Shown here: piece by piece, positions 14,022 to 29,020 of the stretch
How the letters are laid out: each line of letters starts with the position of its first letter
Position numbering within the stretch: position 1 is the first letter of the stretch
Source of the DNA: Octopus vulgaris
Lineage: Eukaryota
NCBI GenBank assembly: GCA_951406725.2
Contig: OX597827.1
Coordinates: forward strand, 25,544,001 to 25,608,000
Direction: 5' to 3'
DNA length: 64,000 bases
Notes under the pieces: generated by a model
The model's input: only the letters and a program-made list of their open reading frames with translations
What the model was told of the DNA's origin: nothing
Databases searched by the model: none
Program-made: the position numbers and the translations under genes

Positions 14022-14198
14022 CATGTATATGTGTGTGTGTACAAGTGTGATTTGTGTACTAAAACACATACACGTATATATATATTGTGTATACGCACGC
14101 ACACACACTCATATATGAAATATAATTACATTCACTACATTACTATTATTTCTTTTAGTAATGCGACACATTTATTTACTTCTTTATGGTTCTGTAAT
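13560..14198. repeat. Diverged ~90-bp inverted repeat flanking a microsatellite block
   Basis: 13560-13650 (tacagaataataaagaa...gtgtcgcatta...tttcatatat) versus 14111-14198 (atatatgaaa...taatgcgacac...ttctgtaat). Confidence 0.7.
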
Positions 14199-15678
14199 TT
14201 GAAGATTTGCTGCTAAGATGTGAGTGGGTTTCCCAAAGACATTAGCAGATTAAGCGTTGAAAATGGAAAATACAAAACAAACCTGCGTTTCCAAACACAG
14301 TTAAGAGTAAATATACATCTTATACACTTACCATAGTTTCCAAATCCATTTACACATACTTGTCTATTCACACACATTTACATAAACGCTATCTCAGATA
14401 TATTCCTCATTTAACCTTATAATATACAGCCTCCATAATTCCTGTTAGTTGATATAATAATACTGATTTATAAACGCTGATCGATAAATTTCTAGATTCG
14501 AAATGTATTCATGAAATATCTACTTCAATGAATTCTCTCGTTTGGTAATTTGCTCGTAGATTTCCTGGAATTCAATGGCTGGAAGAACCCTATCAAAATG
14601 TAATCTCTCCTCATTTTACTATGAACAGGTTTGTCTTGCTGAGACTCACTTGTATTAAAAGGTTTTAAATATTCCACCATATCCAAGAGGCAACAGTTGG
14701 TACACAAAATCTAAACGACGTTGGAACTTAGAACTTATATTACTTTTTTTTCCTTTTTTATTATTAGCTAAAGTCAATAAGATTTCGGATCTCAGTTCAA
14801 GTGAAAGTCGTTTTTAGCTTTTATTTACTTGCACTAAAATCAAATTCTTCTCCATTAGTTCTTTCCCAGTCTTTTATTCACCCTCATGCAGTTTATTCCA
14901 ACAGATTACCATCCCCCTTTTTTTCTTTTTAGATCATTCTTTATTTTCTATTTTCTATCTCAGTTACTGCAATTCAATGCGAATTACTGAGGCATTCATT
15001 CGATAACAAGGGTCCGGAATCTACCGATTAATCTTCATTGAAAACTGCTTCAAACAATCAAAGATGTTAACTGCACCACTGAGACTAGTAGAGTCCCTGT
15101 CGTTTCCGATTGCTCTATCAGTTTCTATATATTCCAAGTTGAAAATCCTATTCACAGACGAACGAAGAATTCTTTTACAATTCAACCTAAATTAGTTCCC
15201 TTGATAACCATTTTCAAAATCTCACATTAAAGATTGTCATTTTGAAGAGAATTGCGGACAACTGATTGTTATTTTTATTGATGTTGTTTGTGTTGTTTTC
15301 GTTATTGTCATTGATGGTGGCAAAGTCAATGGCGTTGTTGTTATTGTTTCTGCTATGTTTTAGCCCCAGGTCATTCCTCGTGAAATGGAATGATCAAGAA
15401 TACCAGCATTCCATTCCTGTCTACGTATATTAGGGCTTTCATTAATCGATGTAATATATTAAGTATAATGGGTTGTGATTTGAGGGCTAATTGGTTGTTA
15501 TTTCTGCCAGATGCACACAGAAACCACTTTGTATAATCGCCTTCATAGGCTCGTGTTTAATTCTGATTTTGTTGCTGAGACTGGGTTTGGTAAACAACTG
15601 ATTATGACGGTCGCGATGCGGTTGATCTGTGGAAAATACAAACGCATAAAACCAAAGTATAGTATTTTCAAACATTAA

Positions 15679-15827
15679 GCAGGAGTGGCTGTGTGGTAAG
15701 TAGCTTGGTTACTAACTACATGGTTCCGGATTCAATCCCACTGCGTGGCACCTTCGGAAAGTGCTTTAACTATAGCCTCAGACCTTGTGAGTGGATTTCG
15801 TAGACGGAAACTGAAAGAATACCGTCG

Positions 15828-15908
<81 letters not shown>

Positions 15909-16110
15909 TTGTGTGTCTGTGTTTCCCCCTCCATCGCTTGAAAACCGATGTTGATATGTTTACGTCTCCGTAACTTAGTGATTCGGCAAACGTAACCGAT
16001 AGAATAAGTACTAAGCTTCCAAAGAATAAGTCATGGGATCGATCTGCTCGGCTAAATGTAGTGCATCAGCATGGCCGCAGTCAAATGACTAAAAAAAAAT
16101 AAAAGAAAAA
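15679..16110 (+). mobile_element. tRNA-derived SINE family A, full length with internal (TA)n(TG)n
   Basis: Head gcaggagtggctgtgtggtaag, B-box-like ggattcaatccc, 3' part ending cagcatggccgcagtcaaatgact plus an A-rich tail. Confidence 0.85.
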
Positions 16111-16164
16111 CTATGCATTGAAATACTGAAAACTTCCAAGTTAGCTCGCTGTGAGAAAGGCACA

Positions 16165-16211
<47 letters not shown>

Positions 16212-16374
16212 AACTCGTGAGGTAGTGGCCGTGTTATCCCAACACAAAAAGGATTGTGCGATGAGGTGTTTTGTCGTCTGCTGAACGGGGAGAGTATTCT
16301 ACAGAACCTATTTCTATTTACCTAATTTCGTTTTTAACATAAGTTTACGCGCTTGAAACCTCTTAATCTTTTCA

Positions 16375-16439
<65 letters not shown>

Positions 16440-17585
16440 CATATCTATCTATCTCTATATAAACATACATATATATTTATGCACACGTATAAGTGTGTGC
16501 ATGTGTGTTGACGCTTAGCCGTGTGTATATAGACTGGCGTGAGCTTGGTATTGCTGTGTTTATCCAGTCAATATCAGTTGTTTCCTCTGCTTTAGTATAT
16601 TGAATGACATTCCGAAATGACTTTTATTCGGAAGCTTAAAGGCAAGATAATAAGATTTGTGCTGTCAAACAATCTACCGTTCGCCGTCAGAAATCGGACT
16701 CAATATGTAATGGCCGAAGTTCGCACCACGGTTTTTTAAAATGCATAACGTCATCATATATTCTAGCCAAACATAAACACACGCTCTTGCTATAAATGTT
16801 TGAATGAAAGCTAAACTAGTTAAAGGTTCACAAAAGGCTAACATATCTGCGTATCCAGATGCGTCGATGCTAAGTTGGGAAAGAGGTGCATATTTATCTT
16901 TAAGAGAGAAGACTCTTTGGCTGATATTTATACATCGATTCTGTTAGCTAAACCAAAGCTTCTTAAAATTCTACCAATCCGCCACATTGATAGAGGTACT
17001 TTATTTATCGATCTCGAAACTATAAGGTACAATGTTGACACCGGTGAGGATTGATTTGAGACTGCCGAGAGTCTGAACAATTAGCCAAACGTATTCTCTC
17101 CCACTCGGTAACGACTCTGCTAATTTGCCGCTTGTATGTGGTAACACTATTTTATGATTTTTCTGAAATTTTTCTGGAGATGTAACTGAAAGCAAGGTTG
17201 GCCTCTCTTGTTTATTGTATTTAAAGAATTTGTTCGTTCACAACAGACAACATTTTCTTCAAGAACAGTTAACAATCGTTCAACTACTGGCTCAGGCACT
17301 TGACACGACACATGTATAAGAACTGATTTCCATAATAACTATCACGAGCCTTTTCTGGGACTCATGGCTAAATTACTCGTTCGGCACTGACACATTTAAT
17401 GATCAGACATACTTTGCTCATCCATAAAGTGAAATAAGGCCGAAATAAGTCGCGTTTTGGTTATTAGAAATATTTAGTTTCAACAAGGTGTGTTGAAAGT
17501 TATTTGCGTTGTATACCTAGAAGTACATTTACAGACGTACACACATGAGCACACACACACACATCAATGTTCACATACGTTTTTA

Positions 17586-17797
17586 CGAGGAGTCACTGAA
17601 AAGTTCCTGGTTTTAGGGTTATCGTGAAAGGCCTGGTTGGAAACCCACCTTCCGAGTTCTTTTACAAGGCGTAGAAAACCAGAAGAACCACTGCAATAAG
17701 TGAGTGAATCTGAGAGGGGAATATGCTGAATCAAAGCATAACTGATTTTCCTGAAATTTCTTTTACCCAAAGCCAGAAACTTTTCAGCACTCCCTCA
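17586..17797. mobile_element. Mariner-derived MITE
   Basis: TA-flanked imperfect TIRs cgaggagtcactgaaaagttcctgg / ccagaaacttttcagcactccctca. A second copy lies at 63708-63870. Confidence 0.75.
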
Positions 17798-19599
17798 TAT
17801 AAAACACACACAAGTGTGTATTTGGGCGTATATGTGTGGGTTTGTGTATGTATTCGGTATTCTAAGAATCCCTTTTCTCTTATGAACTTTGATATCTGAA
17901 TAAATAACATTATTTGGTCAATTTTACAAGACCTAAATCCTCGCTCAAACGCTGTACGCGTACTACACACACATACCGTAAACGTTCAGTAAAATTTCGA
18001 AGTTCCTATCGATAAAGCTAATGAAAATATCTGCCTCTACGTCTTTATTCAACCCTTTAGTTAATACTCTGTAATGTTTGTGAAAATTTGCTCTGCTTAA
18101 ATACATACATAGATATGTATATGTCTATATACATACATATATGTATATATATATAGACATGTGTATATATTATATATAAATATGTATGTGTACATATATA
18201 TATACAAACACACAAACACATATTCACGCACACACACATATCTACATGCATACACATACACAGCACACATTCGTCTATGTACATATAAATCGATACAGGC
18301 ACACATTCCAACAACGTGCTAACTATACACTTATCAAACAGAACAGTTGTCCAGCTTTCATTTTATCGTGATTTATGATGGCAGCTTATCACTTGATCAA
18401 TTTGTTGTGGATATCTCTCTATGATATCTGTAAATTACAGCGTTATTGTCAAAGAGGTTCCATTAGAGATTTCAAAATAAAAAAGAAATATTACATCAAA
18501 ATTTAATTTTTGATTTGACATTTACTGACTCAAACTACAAAATGTTCACTATTGATTTTATTATAAATATCAGCTTCTAAATACTTCACTTGGGAAGCAA
18601 CAATTTTACCTAGCATTCTACTTGGTCTTTCCACACTAGTTTTATTTCAATGTCATATTTACACATATTCACACATGTGCTCTCTCACCCTCTAGCTGTC
18701 TCTTTCTCCATCTCCCTCCCTCTCGTATTCCCTCTGTCTCTCACTTCCTCTCTCTGTTCATATACACGCACACATACACATATTCACATAGAGCAGATTC
18801 GCATATATTCGTATACATTACTTAATTTCGAAGTTACTTGCAAAAAAGTAAATGAAAATACCTGACACTACATTTATGTTCATGCCTTTAATTAATATTC
18901 ACAGGATTTATGCTCATGAGATCTTTCATTTCGACTATGTTACACGTAAAAACACACAAAAGCACAAACAGACACAGTCACACAAATACACTTGCCTAGT
19001 GACACACAATCATGCACAGCACTCTCACATGCACATACACATATGCACATAATGATATGCTTCTCTGGTTAAGAAATTAGCTTCGAAATTTCATCTTTTC
19101 GGTTTCATTTCCACTATACGGCTTTCCGACTAAGGAAATATTTTGCGTAACATTAGTGGACCAAAACTCTGAGGAAATCTCCAAGAATCCTTCTGGTTTT
19201 AGGTTGGTAAGCGTAATGGTCCCAGCATCCACCTTGTTGCAGGTATTGATGGATAACATTTTACCATCAACCTTTCTGTTATATAGGGTTTGACAATGCA
19301 TTGAATGTGTCCCATTTTCATGCAGATCATAAAAATAAAACAAGCTTTAATTGAGAATTAAAATTCAGCATTACCATTACCTCGTTTCCTTTTCCAACAG
19401 GTACTTGAACCCACAAATACGGCTTAATGTACGTAAGGGGTATTCTAATACAAATCTACACGGAAGTCAGATTCATCGAATATTCATAGATCTTAAAATA
19501 ATAGCCAAAGGTGTTTGTTGCTTCAATAAATATACTTTAAGCCATGAATTGAGTACTGTTCCTCTCGCTTATCATAGAATCTATGCCTTTTACCCCAAC

Positions 19600-21760
19600 T
19601 GGTTGGAAACTGTGAATGAACTAAGATCAAAAGGTGGGTGATGGAAAAACTATAATCAGCTCACTGAGAAACATCACACGAACACAGAATTATTTCTATT
19701 TTAAGCATATAATAGACGAACTGAGAATATGCCTAAAAAATGAACTGGAAAGCATATTTCGAGAAAAGCACCGATAGCATAGCAATAGTTGAATATTTCA
19801 GCTTCAAAAGCAGTGGATAGTCTCCACAAAATAAATAAGTTCATTGAATGTTTTTTTGGGGTATGACATTTGGAAAACTGTGAAATGAATTACATCATCA
19901 TGTTCCAAAACACAAATGGGCGAAAATGTATCACACTTTTTAGGTTCAAACAATATACACGCACAAACTAAAATATTAAAAAATATATAGTAACTGGAAA
20001 GATTTACTTATATTTGATTTCTATTAAACGAACTAAAGAAGACGTACCCGAAAAGAAACCAAATTAAATGGAATTATGATTGATGAGAGCGCTAAATTCC
20101 TAGCAACAAATTTAAATATAGGAGGTCACCTGACGCCATGCCAACTTTACATTGAAGTAACGGATCAGATGTGCAATTTCACAGTGTATGCAAGGTAGGA
20201 AGTCATCAGCTCTACAATCTGAGCTACATATAATCAGGAAATAAATGATAGATTCTACAAAAACAAAAATTAAACGTGTACAAGCATAACAGAATGCGAA
20301 AGCAGCGTTTGGATGATAACAACTTTATAACACTTTTATGTAATTGTAGTCGAAAATGCTGACGCAACATCCAGGTAGAGGTTCATTCCGCTTGGTATTT
20401 AAACATTCTTCCACGGAAATCGTTAGAATTAGTGCAAATATACACTATAATACACAACACAAAATCGATAACTTTCTTATGTTATGTGGTCAAAAGATGT
20501 GGAATTGAGTCGTTAGAACATCGAAAAAAATAATTAGTGGTATTTTTCCAACTACTTATGTTCTGAGTTCAAATACTGCTGAAGTCGAGTTTGCCTTCCT
20601 CGAAGGTTGATAGAATAAAGTACTGGTCAAGTACTGGAGACTGTAATATTTACTCATCATCCCCCATGAAAATTACTAGCCTTCTGCCTAAATCAGAAGT
20701 CATTATTTTAAGCATTGTATTAATGTTTGAAAGATCGGGAACTGAACGATTACGAGTACGTTTGCGTTGTTGAGACTGAGGAGAAAGTTGGATTTGCTTG
20801 CAAAATACGTCTGACAGTAAAATCAAGATAAAATCCACTGGTATAGCACTTTACGAAAACAACGGACTTGTTTTATTCTGTCTCATAAACAAACATTTTA
20901 TAGACAAATTTCATAACGTTTCTATTCATGGGAACTCAGAAAGTCACCAATTGTCACTTATGAATAATTTGATAAAAAGGCAAATTGCGATAAATTGCAT
21001 ACTTGAAAATAGTAAATTTAGTCCTGACACTTATGTGAAACCATGGAAATGATCTCTCCGACTGTAAATTTAACGAATGGACAATATACAAAAATGAAAA
21101 GACCAATCACTAACCAACAACTATCTACATAGAATTGTATCCAAAGTAGAAGAGAAAATAAAACGAAATAACAGAGACACATATCTTGTAAGATAATAAA
21201 TATAACCAAGGATGAAAATAGAAATACCCGGATTAACCCTTTATCCACACGATGTTTAAACTTTCTTTAGACTTCTCAGTACGAATAACATTTTTAAACA
21301 AAAACTATGTTAATGCCAGATTAAAATAATCGAATTAGCAATCCCCACATCGAACTAAGTATCTACACATAAACAACTCCGACGGACAACACAGTACGGT
21401 TTGATAAGCAAATACCTATGTCAATAAAGAATATACTCTCGACAGAAAATGTGTAGCTCGTGCGGTAAAACCATACCCCTGGGTTAAGGATAGTACGTTT
21501 AAGACATTCATTAAGGCTCAGAGATACGGATACTATCAACGCTGCTTCAGAATATATTTTGTTTAAAAGAAAATTGTATTAGCTTTTCACGGGGCAATGA
21601 ACTATTTACACCAAAGCAAAGATGTAAGGCAGCTGTAAACGCCACTATCATTTATAAACGATCAAACAACATAAGGTTCTTATTCAAAATGGTCACATGT
21701 TATGTACAATAAAAGAAGCTTTGTGGTCTTGCTGCAGTCTCATACTTTCAAATATATTCA
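19600..21760 (+). mobile_element. Heavily decayed Penelope-like retroelement coding remnant
   Basis: Faint translated motifs: IDESAKFLATNLNIG (~20080), an NPPYS-like segment (~21230) and a GIY-YIG C-terminal-like STLLQNIF/LKE...KAKM region (~21530-21740). Many stops. Confidence 0.4.
20497..20710 (+). mobile_element. SINE family B (Deu/Nin-like central domain), decayed
   Basis: gagttcaaatactgctgaagtcgagtttgcctt...gatagaataaagtac. Confidence 0.65.
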
Positions 21761-21934
21761 CGTAATAATGGATTCCCAAATGTAAACTGAGAAAATATAC
21801 AGGCAATGAATGTAACAAACATGCAGATCAAAAGTGAACAACAACAATAATAATGATAATAATAATAGACCCAATATGCCGATAGTACAAGATGGGATTG
21901 AAAAAGTGGACCGCCTAATATCTGGGTGTAAGGT

Positions 21935-22660
21935 TTTAGTACCTGTAGAGCACAAACCAAGAGATGACAGAGTTGGTCAATATCTACATTGGATAATGTG
22001 TCGGCATTTTAAAATCAAAACTACTGACAAATTGTACAAGCACCACGGTGAGGCTGTAACTGAAGGAGAAAAGGTAACGATTTTTTGAGACCTTCCAGTA
22101 TGTACAGACCGGAGCATCAAAGCAAATAAACCAGATATTGTGAAAGATCAAAACGATGAAGTACGTTTATTGACTGACATGAGCATACCTTGTGACCATA
22201 ATATCACGGCAAAAGGCATAGAAAAATATAAAGCTTTGGTAATCGAAAAAGATGTGGCATCTCAATACAGTTTCAATACCAGTGATTGCAGGAGCAGTTG
22301 GAATGATCAAAAATGGAACTGAAAATTATTTAAGAATGATCCCTGGCTTACCATCCATGCAGGAAGTGCTAAAGATTGTCTTAGCTTGTAGGTCACGTGT
22401 ACTGAGAAGAGCATTATCGCTGTGAATTTTCTTTTCTTTTCCCCCCTTTATATTCTTTGTTAACTTTTTCATTTTTCTTTTTCTTTTTCCTCTCCGTATT
22501 TCTTTCTTCTTTTCTCTATCACATGACCTTGTAAATGGACAACAAGGTGTGTTTATTTTAATATTTTAATGGCCTACCAATGTATACAGCGCGTTTCTCT
22601 GCCCTGGGTGTCAGGGAAACACACAAGAAATTGAAATAGAATTGAAAGAAGCTGCTAATG
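21935..22660 (+). mobile_element. 3' fragment of an R4/Dong-like LINE with a restriction-like endonuclease
   Basis: RDDRVGQYLHWIMCRHF..YKHH..EKVTIF, then TDRSIKANKPDI, LLTDMSIPCD and IPVIAGAVGMI. Lies between (AAT)n tracts. Confidence 0.75.
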
Positions 22661-22690
22661 AAAATAATAATAATGATGATGATGATGATG

Positions 22691-22744
<54 letters not shown>

Positions 22745-23034
22745 TTCAACACGCTGTGTCACGTGCAACATGTGCATATGTTTCTTTTATGCAATATTCA
22801 GTTCTCTTACTCATCAGGAATAACAGTACAACAAATGGCGAAGAAAAATAAGAAACGTAGAATCGAAAAGAACGGATGCGCAGAATATACAACTTCATAC
22901 TTACATGCGTATACATACACACACACCACACATACAAACACACACACACACTCACGCATATACACAGACACACACATATATACACACTTGCATATATATA
23001 TATATATATATACATATACATACATACATACATT

Positions 23035-23092
<58 letters not shown>

Positions 23093-23110
23093 CATACATA
23101 CATACATACA

Positions 23111-23147
<37 letters not shown>

Positions 23148-23793
23148 GCATATACATGAGGCATTTACGTAGGTGAATGTTGGCGTGTTTCTGAAATGTT
23201 CAATGGACTCTCGCTTCTTTCGACTTTCCCCACTGTTTGGCTTATACTTATCTCCTTGCTATACCCCCAATCCAGTGTTAATCAATATAAGTGAATCACC
23301 TCAGGGACCTTACCGAACCACATCTCATTTACGATTAATATGACTACAGATAAATCCTTAGGGAAACGTGAACCTGTAGCAATCACAGTTTCTATTATTC
23401 CTTTACGCAGAATAATCACATGACCTAATAGTCGCTAAATAAGGAAAATGTCCGTGATGATACCACTGAGAAATCGAAACATTTAATTTCATGACGTGTC
23501 ATTATTCAAATGTCGGATAAACGTTGTTGGTTGGCCAATATATAATTTGCAGCCTGGAGTCAATTGATAGCTGATATAAGTAAATCATCAGTAGGGGTTC
23601 ACGCAGAAAATCAATAATATACATACACGAACATAGGCGTATGTAGATGCATAACATGTAGATACACGCACAAAATTTTATGCATAATACGTATATGTGT
23701 ATGCGCGTGATTGTGTGTGGTGTGTGTGTGTACTTATGCGCGTGATCAAGTATATCAATATATATTGTTGTAAAGATACATGGCCACTGAAAG

Positions 23794-23828
<35 letters not shown>

Positions 23829-23886
23829 GTGTTGTAAAGATACATGGCCGCTGAAATATTTATATAGATACATATGAATATATATA

Positions 23887-23923
<37 letters not shown>

Positions 23924-24322
23924 ACATATAAATTCACACACACATATACATGTACATACATATATGTGTGTGTGTGTAGGTATGTACGCACACCTGTATG
24001 TATTTGTGTGTGATTGTACATACGTGTGCGCGTACCTGTTTGCGCATGTGTCTGCTGTGTATATATTATCCAACGACTAAGATGTAAAGGATTCTGAAAT
24101 TGGTTTGAAAACTCTTTAATCATATCTCCTGCAGCTATTATGACCTTGCCTTTGATCGGAGATGCAAACTACAGCCTCATTAACTAGAAACTAACATACG
24201 AACAGAAACCGATCGAAAAATTTAAATTCATTCACTACAACCGAACAGAGAGAAATGTTTATTTAATTAAAAACACACACAAGGATAGCTTATTCGTGTT
24301 TTATACATACGTACATACATAC

Positions 24323-24362
<40 letters not shown>

Positions 24363-25469
24363 CTATACATACATATCTATCTATCTATCTAGCTAACTAT
24401 ATAAGGTTTGGGGATTTATATTTATATAGATGAGTGTGCTTAGATTATATATATATATATATATGTATATCTATGTATATATGTATATATATGTATGTAT
24501 ATATATATATGTATATGTATGCATGTATGCACATGAATGTATGTATGTATATATATATATATATACATGCATACACAGACACACACACACATATATGATA
24601 TGGTGTTCTATTGGCAGATTCGATAAAGCGTTGGAGGTTTCGGGTTGAGATTTTTTTGCCGTCCTGATTGGAAACCAATGTCATATCACGTGTCCACATT
24701 TCAATACCGAACCATCAAACTATCTGCCATCCTGGTGCAAACTTCTCCCTCTCTTATTATCCTTTCGCTCTTTCTCTCCACCCCCTCTCTCTCTCTTCAT
24801 TTGTAATCTCCTGGATGTTTTGCTGAGTCAATCGTAGTTAAATGGAACGCCTTTCTGTGTAGTCTTGCTTGGGCACCAAAAACAATTAGTGAAGGAATGC
24901 ATAACGGTGACATCATGTCAATCCCGATTGCATGTGTTTTAGTAATATATAACAGAGAGTAATGTAAAAAAAAATGAGTGTATGAAGGCCGATCAGAAAA
25001 TAAAATCCACGCACAACACATAGCGACACGCACAGACACCCCCACGCAAACACACACGCACATATTTAGGGAGAGACAGCGATAGACAGATAAACGGCTT
25101 AATACATTCCGAGTGAAATTTACATTGACACGTATACCCGCATGCTAATGTTCTTCGGTGAGACTCTCAAGAGAATTGTTTCTGTGTTCTGGACTTTTAA
25201 TGCACCGTATCACAGAAAATTGCTATGCACTGAAAACATAACTACGTCCAATTTGCTCCGTAATAAAAACAACAAAAAACTATGCAATCAAGCTCGATTT
25301 GAAGAAATCTGCATTAAAGATAAAATTTAAAATGAGATACGAAAATAAGTTGCTGCAGTAATTATGGGGATAAAAATATTTGGATGTTATTGTATTTATG
25401 CCGATATAATATTTTTCACGTGTATATTTGATGAGAGCGTGCAATAAAAGTATAAACTGAGGGTATTAA

Positions 25470-25516
<47 letters not shown>

Positions 25517-25601
25517 TATATAATATACACACACACATATATATATATACATATATATACATACATATATACATATATATGTTCTTATATTGTATTACTT
25601 T

Positions 25602-25931
25602 TTTTAGTCATTTGACTGAGGCCATGCTGGAGCACCGCTTTTAGTCTAACGAATAGACCCGAGGACATATTCTTTGTGAGCCTAGTACTTATTCTATCGG
25701 TAACTTTTTGTCGAACCGTTAGATGACGCGGGCGTAATCACCCCAGTAACGATTGTTAAGCGATGGTGAATAAAGAAAGAGAGACAACACACACACACAC
25801 ATGTATATATATATATATATACGACGGGTCCATAATAGAACACACTTGTCGAAGGTGCCACGCAGTGGGACTGAACCCGGTACTATCTGGTTGGGAAGCA
25901 AGCTTCTTACCACATAGCCGCTCCTGCGCCT
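25602..25931 (-). mobile_element. SINE family A
   Basis: Reverse complement of the family A head (ccacatagccgctcctgcgcc) and tail (agtcatttgactg..gccatgctggagcaccg). Confidence 0.8.
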
Positions 25932-25941
25932 TTATATATAC

Positions 25942-26035
<94 letters not shown>

Positions 26036-26036
26036 G

Positions 26037-26231
26037 TAGCAAAAATTGCGATTCAGATTAATTTGGTACTTAAGTTCAGGCACCATAATTTAGTACGGTA
26101 TTAATTTAATTCTATGTCTTTATGCAGCTAAAGATTGCTCTGTATTTAAATTGATGTAAAGATTCTATTGTTCAATTAAATGGAGATGATTGAAACGATC
26201 GTACTGCATTACCTCTGGATATCCCTGTTGC

Positions 26232-26296
<65 letters not shown>

Positions 26297-26520
26297 AAAT
26301 AAGGTTCAGTTGAATTAAGTACATAAGTTGAAGCACCAAGTCAGTCTTGCTCTGTTAAAATATTTAAGAAAAATTATGTTAGTATGTTTTGTCTCTCGTA
26401 GTTCCATATTTGTTGCAGCTGAATATAGCGCGATATTTAAACTGATTGCTCATTACATTAATTCAATGGAGGCGCTTAAAGTGTCCTACTGCTAAAAATC
26501 CTCAAACTTATTTTAATTTT
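26037..26520. mobile_element. Two short (TA)n-flanked fragments related to 3660-3880
   Basis: 26100-26237 is the reverse complement of ~3750-3870 (gatcgtactgcattacctctggatatcc). 26040-26090 matches 3665-3700 directly. Confidence 0.6.
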
Positions 26521-26533
26521 ATATATATATATG

Positions 26534-26572
<39 letters not shown>

Positions 26573-26616
26573 ATGTATATATATATATATACATATATAT
26601 TTATACATACATACAA

Positions 26617-26648
<32 letters not shown>

Positions 26649-27024
26649 GGATACATATGTATATATATATGTATACATATGTATGTATCTATCTATTTAT
26701 TTATCTATCTATCTATCTATTTACCTATATATATATATATATATATAATAAATATATATATATATATATTATAAATAATGATAAGACCGTTATTCGAAAT
26801 AATAATCATATCAAGTGGCCAGCATGGATAGAAAACCCTTATAGGTAACTATTATTAAAATTATAAAAGAAACCACCATGCAACCAAAGCTTGACTCCAG
26901 AACCATTTGGATTATTGTATTATACTTGATGTGGTTTTGGGGTCAGGCTTTGGATGCCATCTCTGGCATGGTGGCTTCTTAGATACACTCAATTATAATC
27001 TTAATAATAATTATAGATAAACGA

Positions 27025-27308
27025 AAGTCGAATTTGTCGGTCATGAATGACCATGGTTGCACCTAAGAAGTTCCTCTCCAGTGTAAAAGTCTGGGCGGAA
27101 AGTCGCCTCACGGCGAACGCAGATTCTGGGGATGTTTTCCTGGAAGACCATCAGTCACTTGTGCATACCAGCCTCCTCTCTCCGTGCCATCGAACCTATC
27201 CAAGGGAAAGACAAAAGGACGATACAGCTTGACACAAGCGACGTCGCAACTCATTTCTACAGCTGAGCGAACTGGATCAACGCAACGCTTGAACCACTGA
27301 GCTATGCG

Positions 27309-27310
<2 letters not shown>
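27025..27310 (-). mobile_element. SINE-like repeat (internally deleted)
   Basis: aaccactgagctatgcgc (reverse-complement A-box head) and aactcatttctacagctgagcgaactgga (core resembling 60470-60500). Confidence 0.6.
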
Positions 27311-27369
<59 letters not shown>

Positions 27370-27425
27370 TATATACATATATATACATACATATATGTAT
27401 ATATATATATATGTATATATATATG

Positions 27426-27472
<47 letters not shown>

Positions 27473-27556
27473 ATATATATATATGTATGTATATGTATAT
27501 TTATATATATATATATGTATATTTATTTATATATATATATATATATAAATATACAT

Positions 27557-27591
<35 letters not shown>

Positions 27592-27652
27592 AATATACAT
27601 ATACATATATATATATATATAAATATACATATATATATATATAAATATATAT

Positions 27653-27725
<73 letters not shown>

Positions 27726-27811
27726 CATATATATATACATATATATATATATATACATATATGTACGTATATATATGTATCTATACATACATATATATAT
27801 ATTGTTTAGTT

Positions 27812-29020
27812 AATATTGATTTCAAATTTTGGCAGAGGGCCAGCAAGTTTGCGGGAAGGCGGTAAGTAGATTACATTGACCTCAGTGTTTAACTGGTACT
27901 TATTTTATAGACCCCGAAAGGCTGAAAGCAAGGTCGACCTCTGTAGAATTTGAACTCAGCACCAAAAGACAGGCGAAGTGCCGCTAAACCTTTTGCCCGG
28001 CCTGCTAAGGATTCCGCAGCACTCTGCCTTTCGTTTCGTCAATATTAATTTGCTTCTTAAAAGATTTCAGAAAACAAAAGAATACTTGATATTTATTTAT
28101 TTTCTGACTAGTTCCAGTGTATGTTGCAATATCAAGGTAAGTGTGAGGCGATGAGATGGCCGAATCGTTAGGACACCCGGTTAAAAGCAGAGCGGCATTT
28201 CGTTCGTCTTTACGATCTTAGTTAGAATTTTGCCTAGGTCGATTTTACCTTTCATTCTTCCCGGATCGATAAAACAAGTAATAGCTGAGCACAGAGATCA
28301 ATATAATTGATTTACTCCCTCCACCTCGTGCCAAAATTTGAACCCAATATTAAAGTATTTGGAAGGCGACGATGTTGCGGAATCGATAGCACGCCAGATA
28401 AATATTTTCGAAGCATTTCACTCGACTTTAACTTCTGACTTCAAATTCCACCGATGTCACCTTTACCTTTCATACTTTGGGGGTCGATAACAGAAGTACA
28501 GTTGACTACTGGGGCTGACATGATCGACTTAACCTATTCACCGTCTAAAACCACTATTTATTTATTTATTGCCCACAGGGGTCTAATCATACAGGGGACA
28601 GAAACATGGATCAAGTCGATTACATCGACCCTAGTGCGTAACTGGTACTTATTTAATCGACCCCGAAAGGATGAAAGGCAAAGTCGCCCTCGGCGCAATT
28701 TGAACTCAAAATGAAACGGCAGACGATATACCGTTAAGCATTTCGCCCGGCGTGCTAACATTTCTGCCAGCTCGCCACCTTATCTAAAACCAATATTAAG
28801 GCGGTGACCTGGCAGAATCGTTACCATGCCACAGGGCGACATGCTTAGCGGCATTTCGTCCGTATTTACTTTCTGCGTTCAAATTCCGTCGAGGTCGACT
28901 TTGCTTTTCATCCTCTCGGGGTCGATAAAATAAGGATCAGTTGAGCACTGAGGTCGATGTAACTGACTTAACACGTCCCTCGAAATTGCTGGCTTCGTGT
29001 CAAAATCCGAAACTACTATT
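27812..29020. mobile_element. Cluster of five family B SINEs (27812-28030 -, 28146-28350 +, 28364-28557 +, 28559-28782 -, 28800-29020 +)
   Basis: Repeated ggcggcgagctggcagaa head and ggtcgactttgcctttcatcctttcggggtcgataaa..aagtacc core. The minus copy is flanked by the TSD tctaaaacca(c/a)tatt at 28544 and 28783. Confidence 0.85.

Noticed and set aside
23766-23858. ~28-bp direct repeat separated by (TA)n
   Set aside because: Ordinary local slippage duplication.
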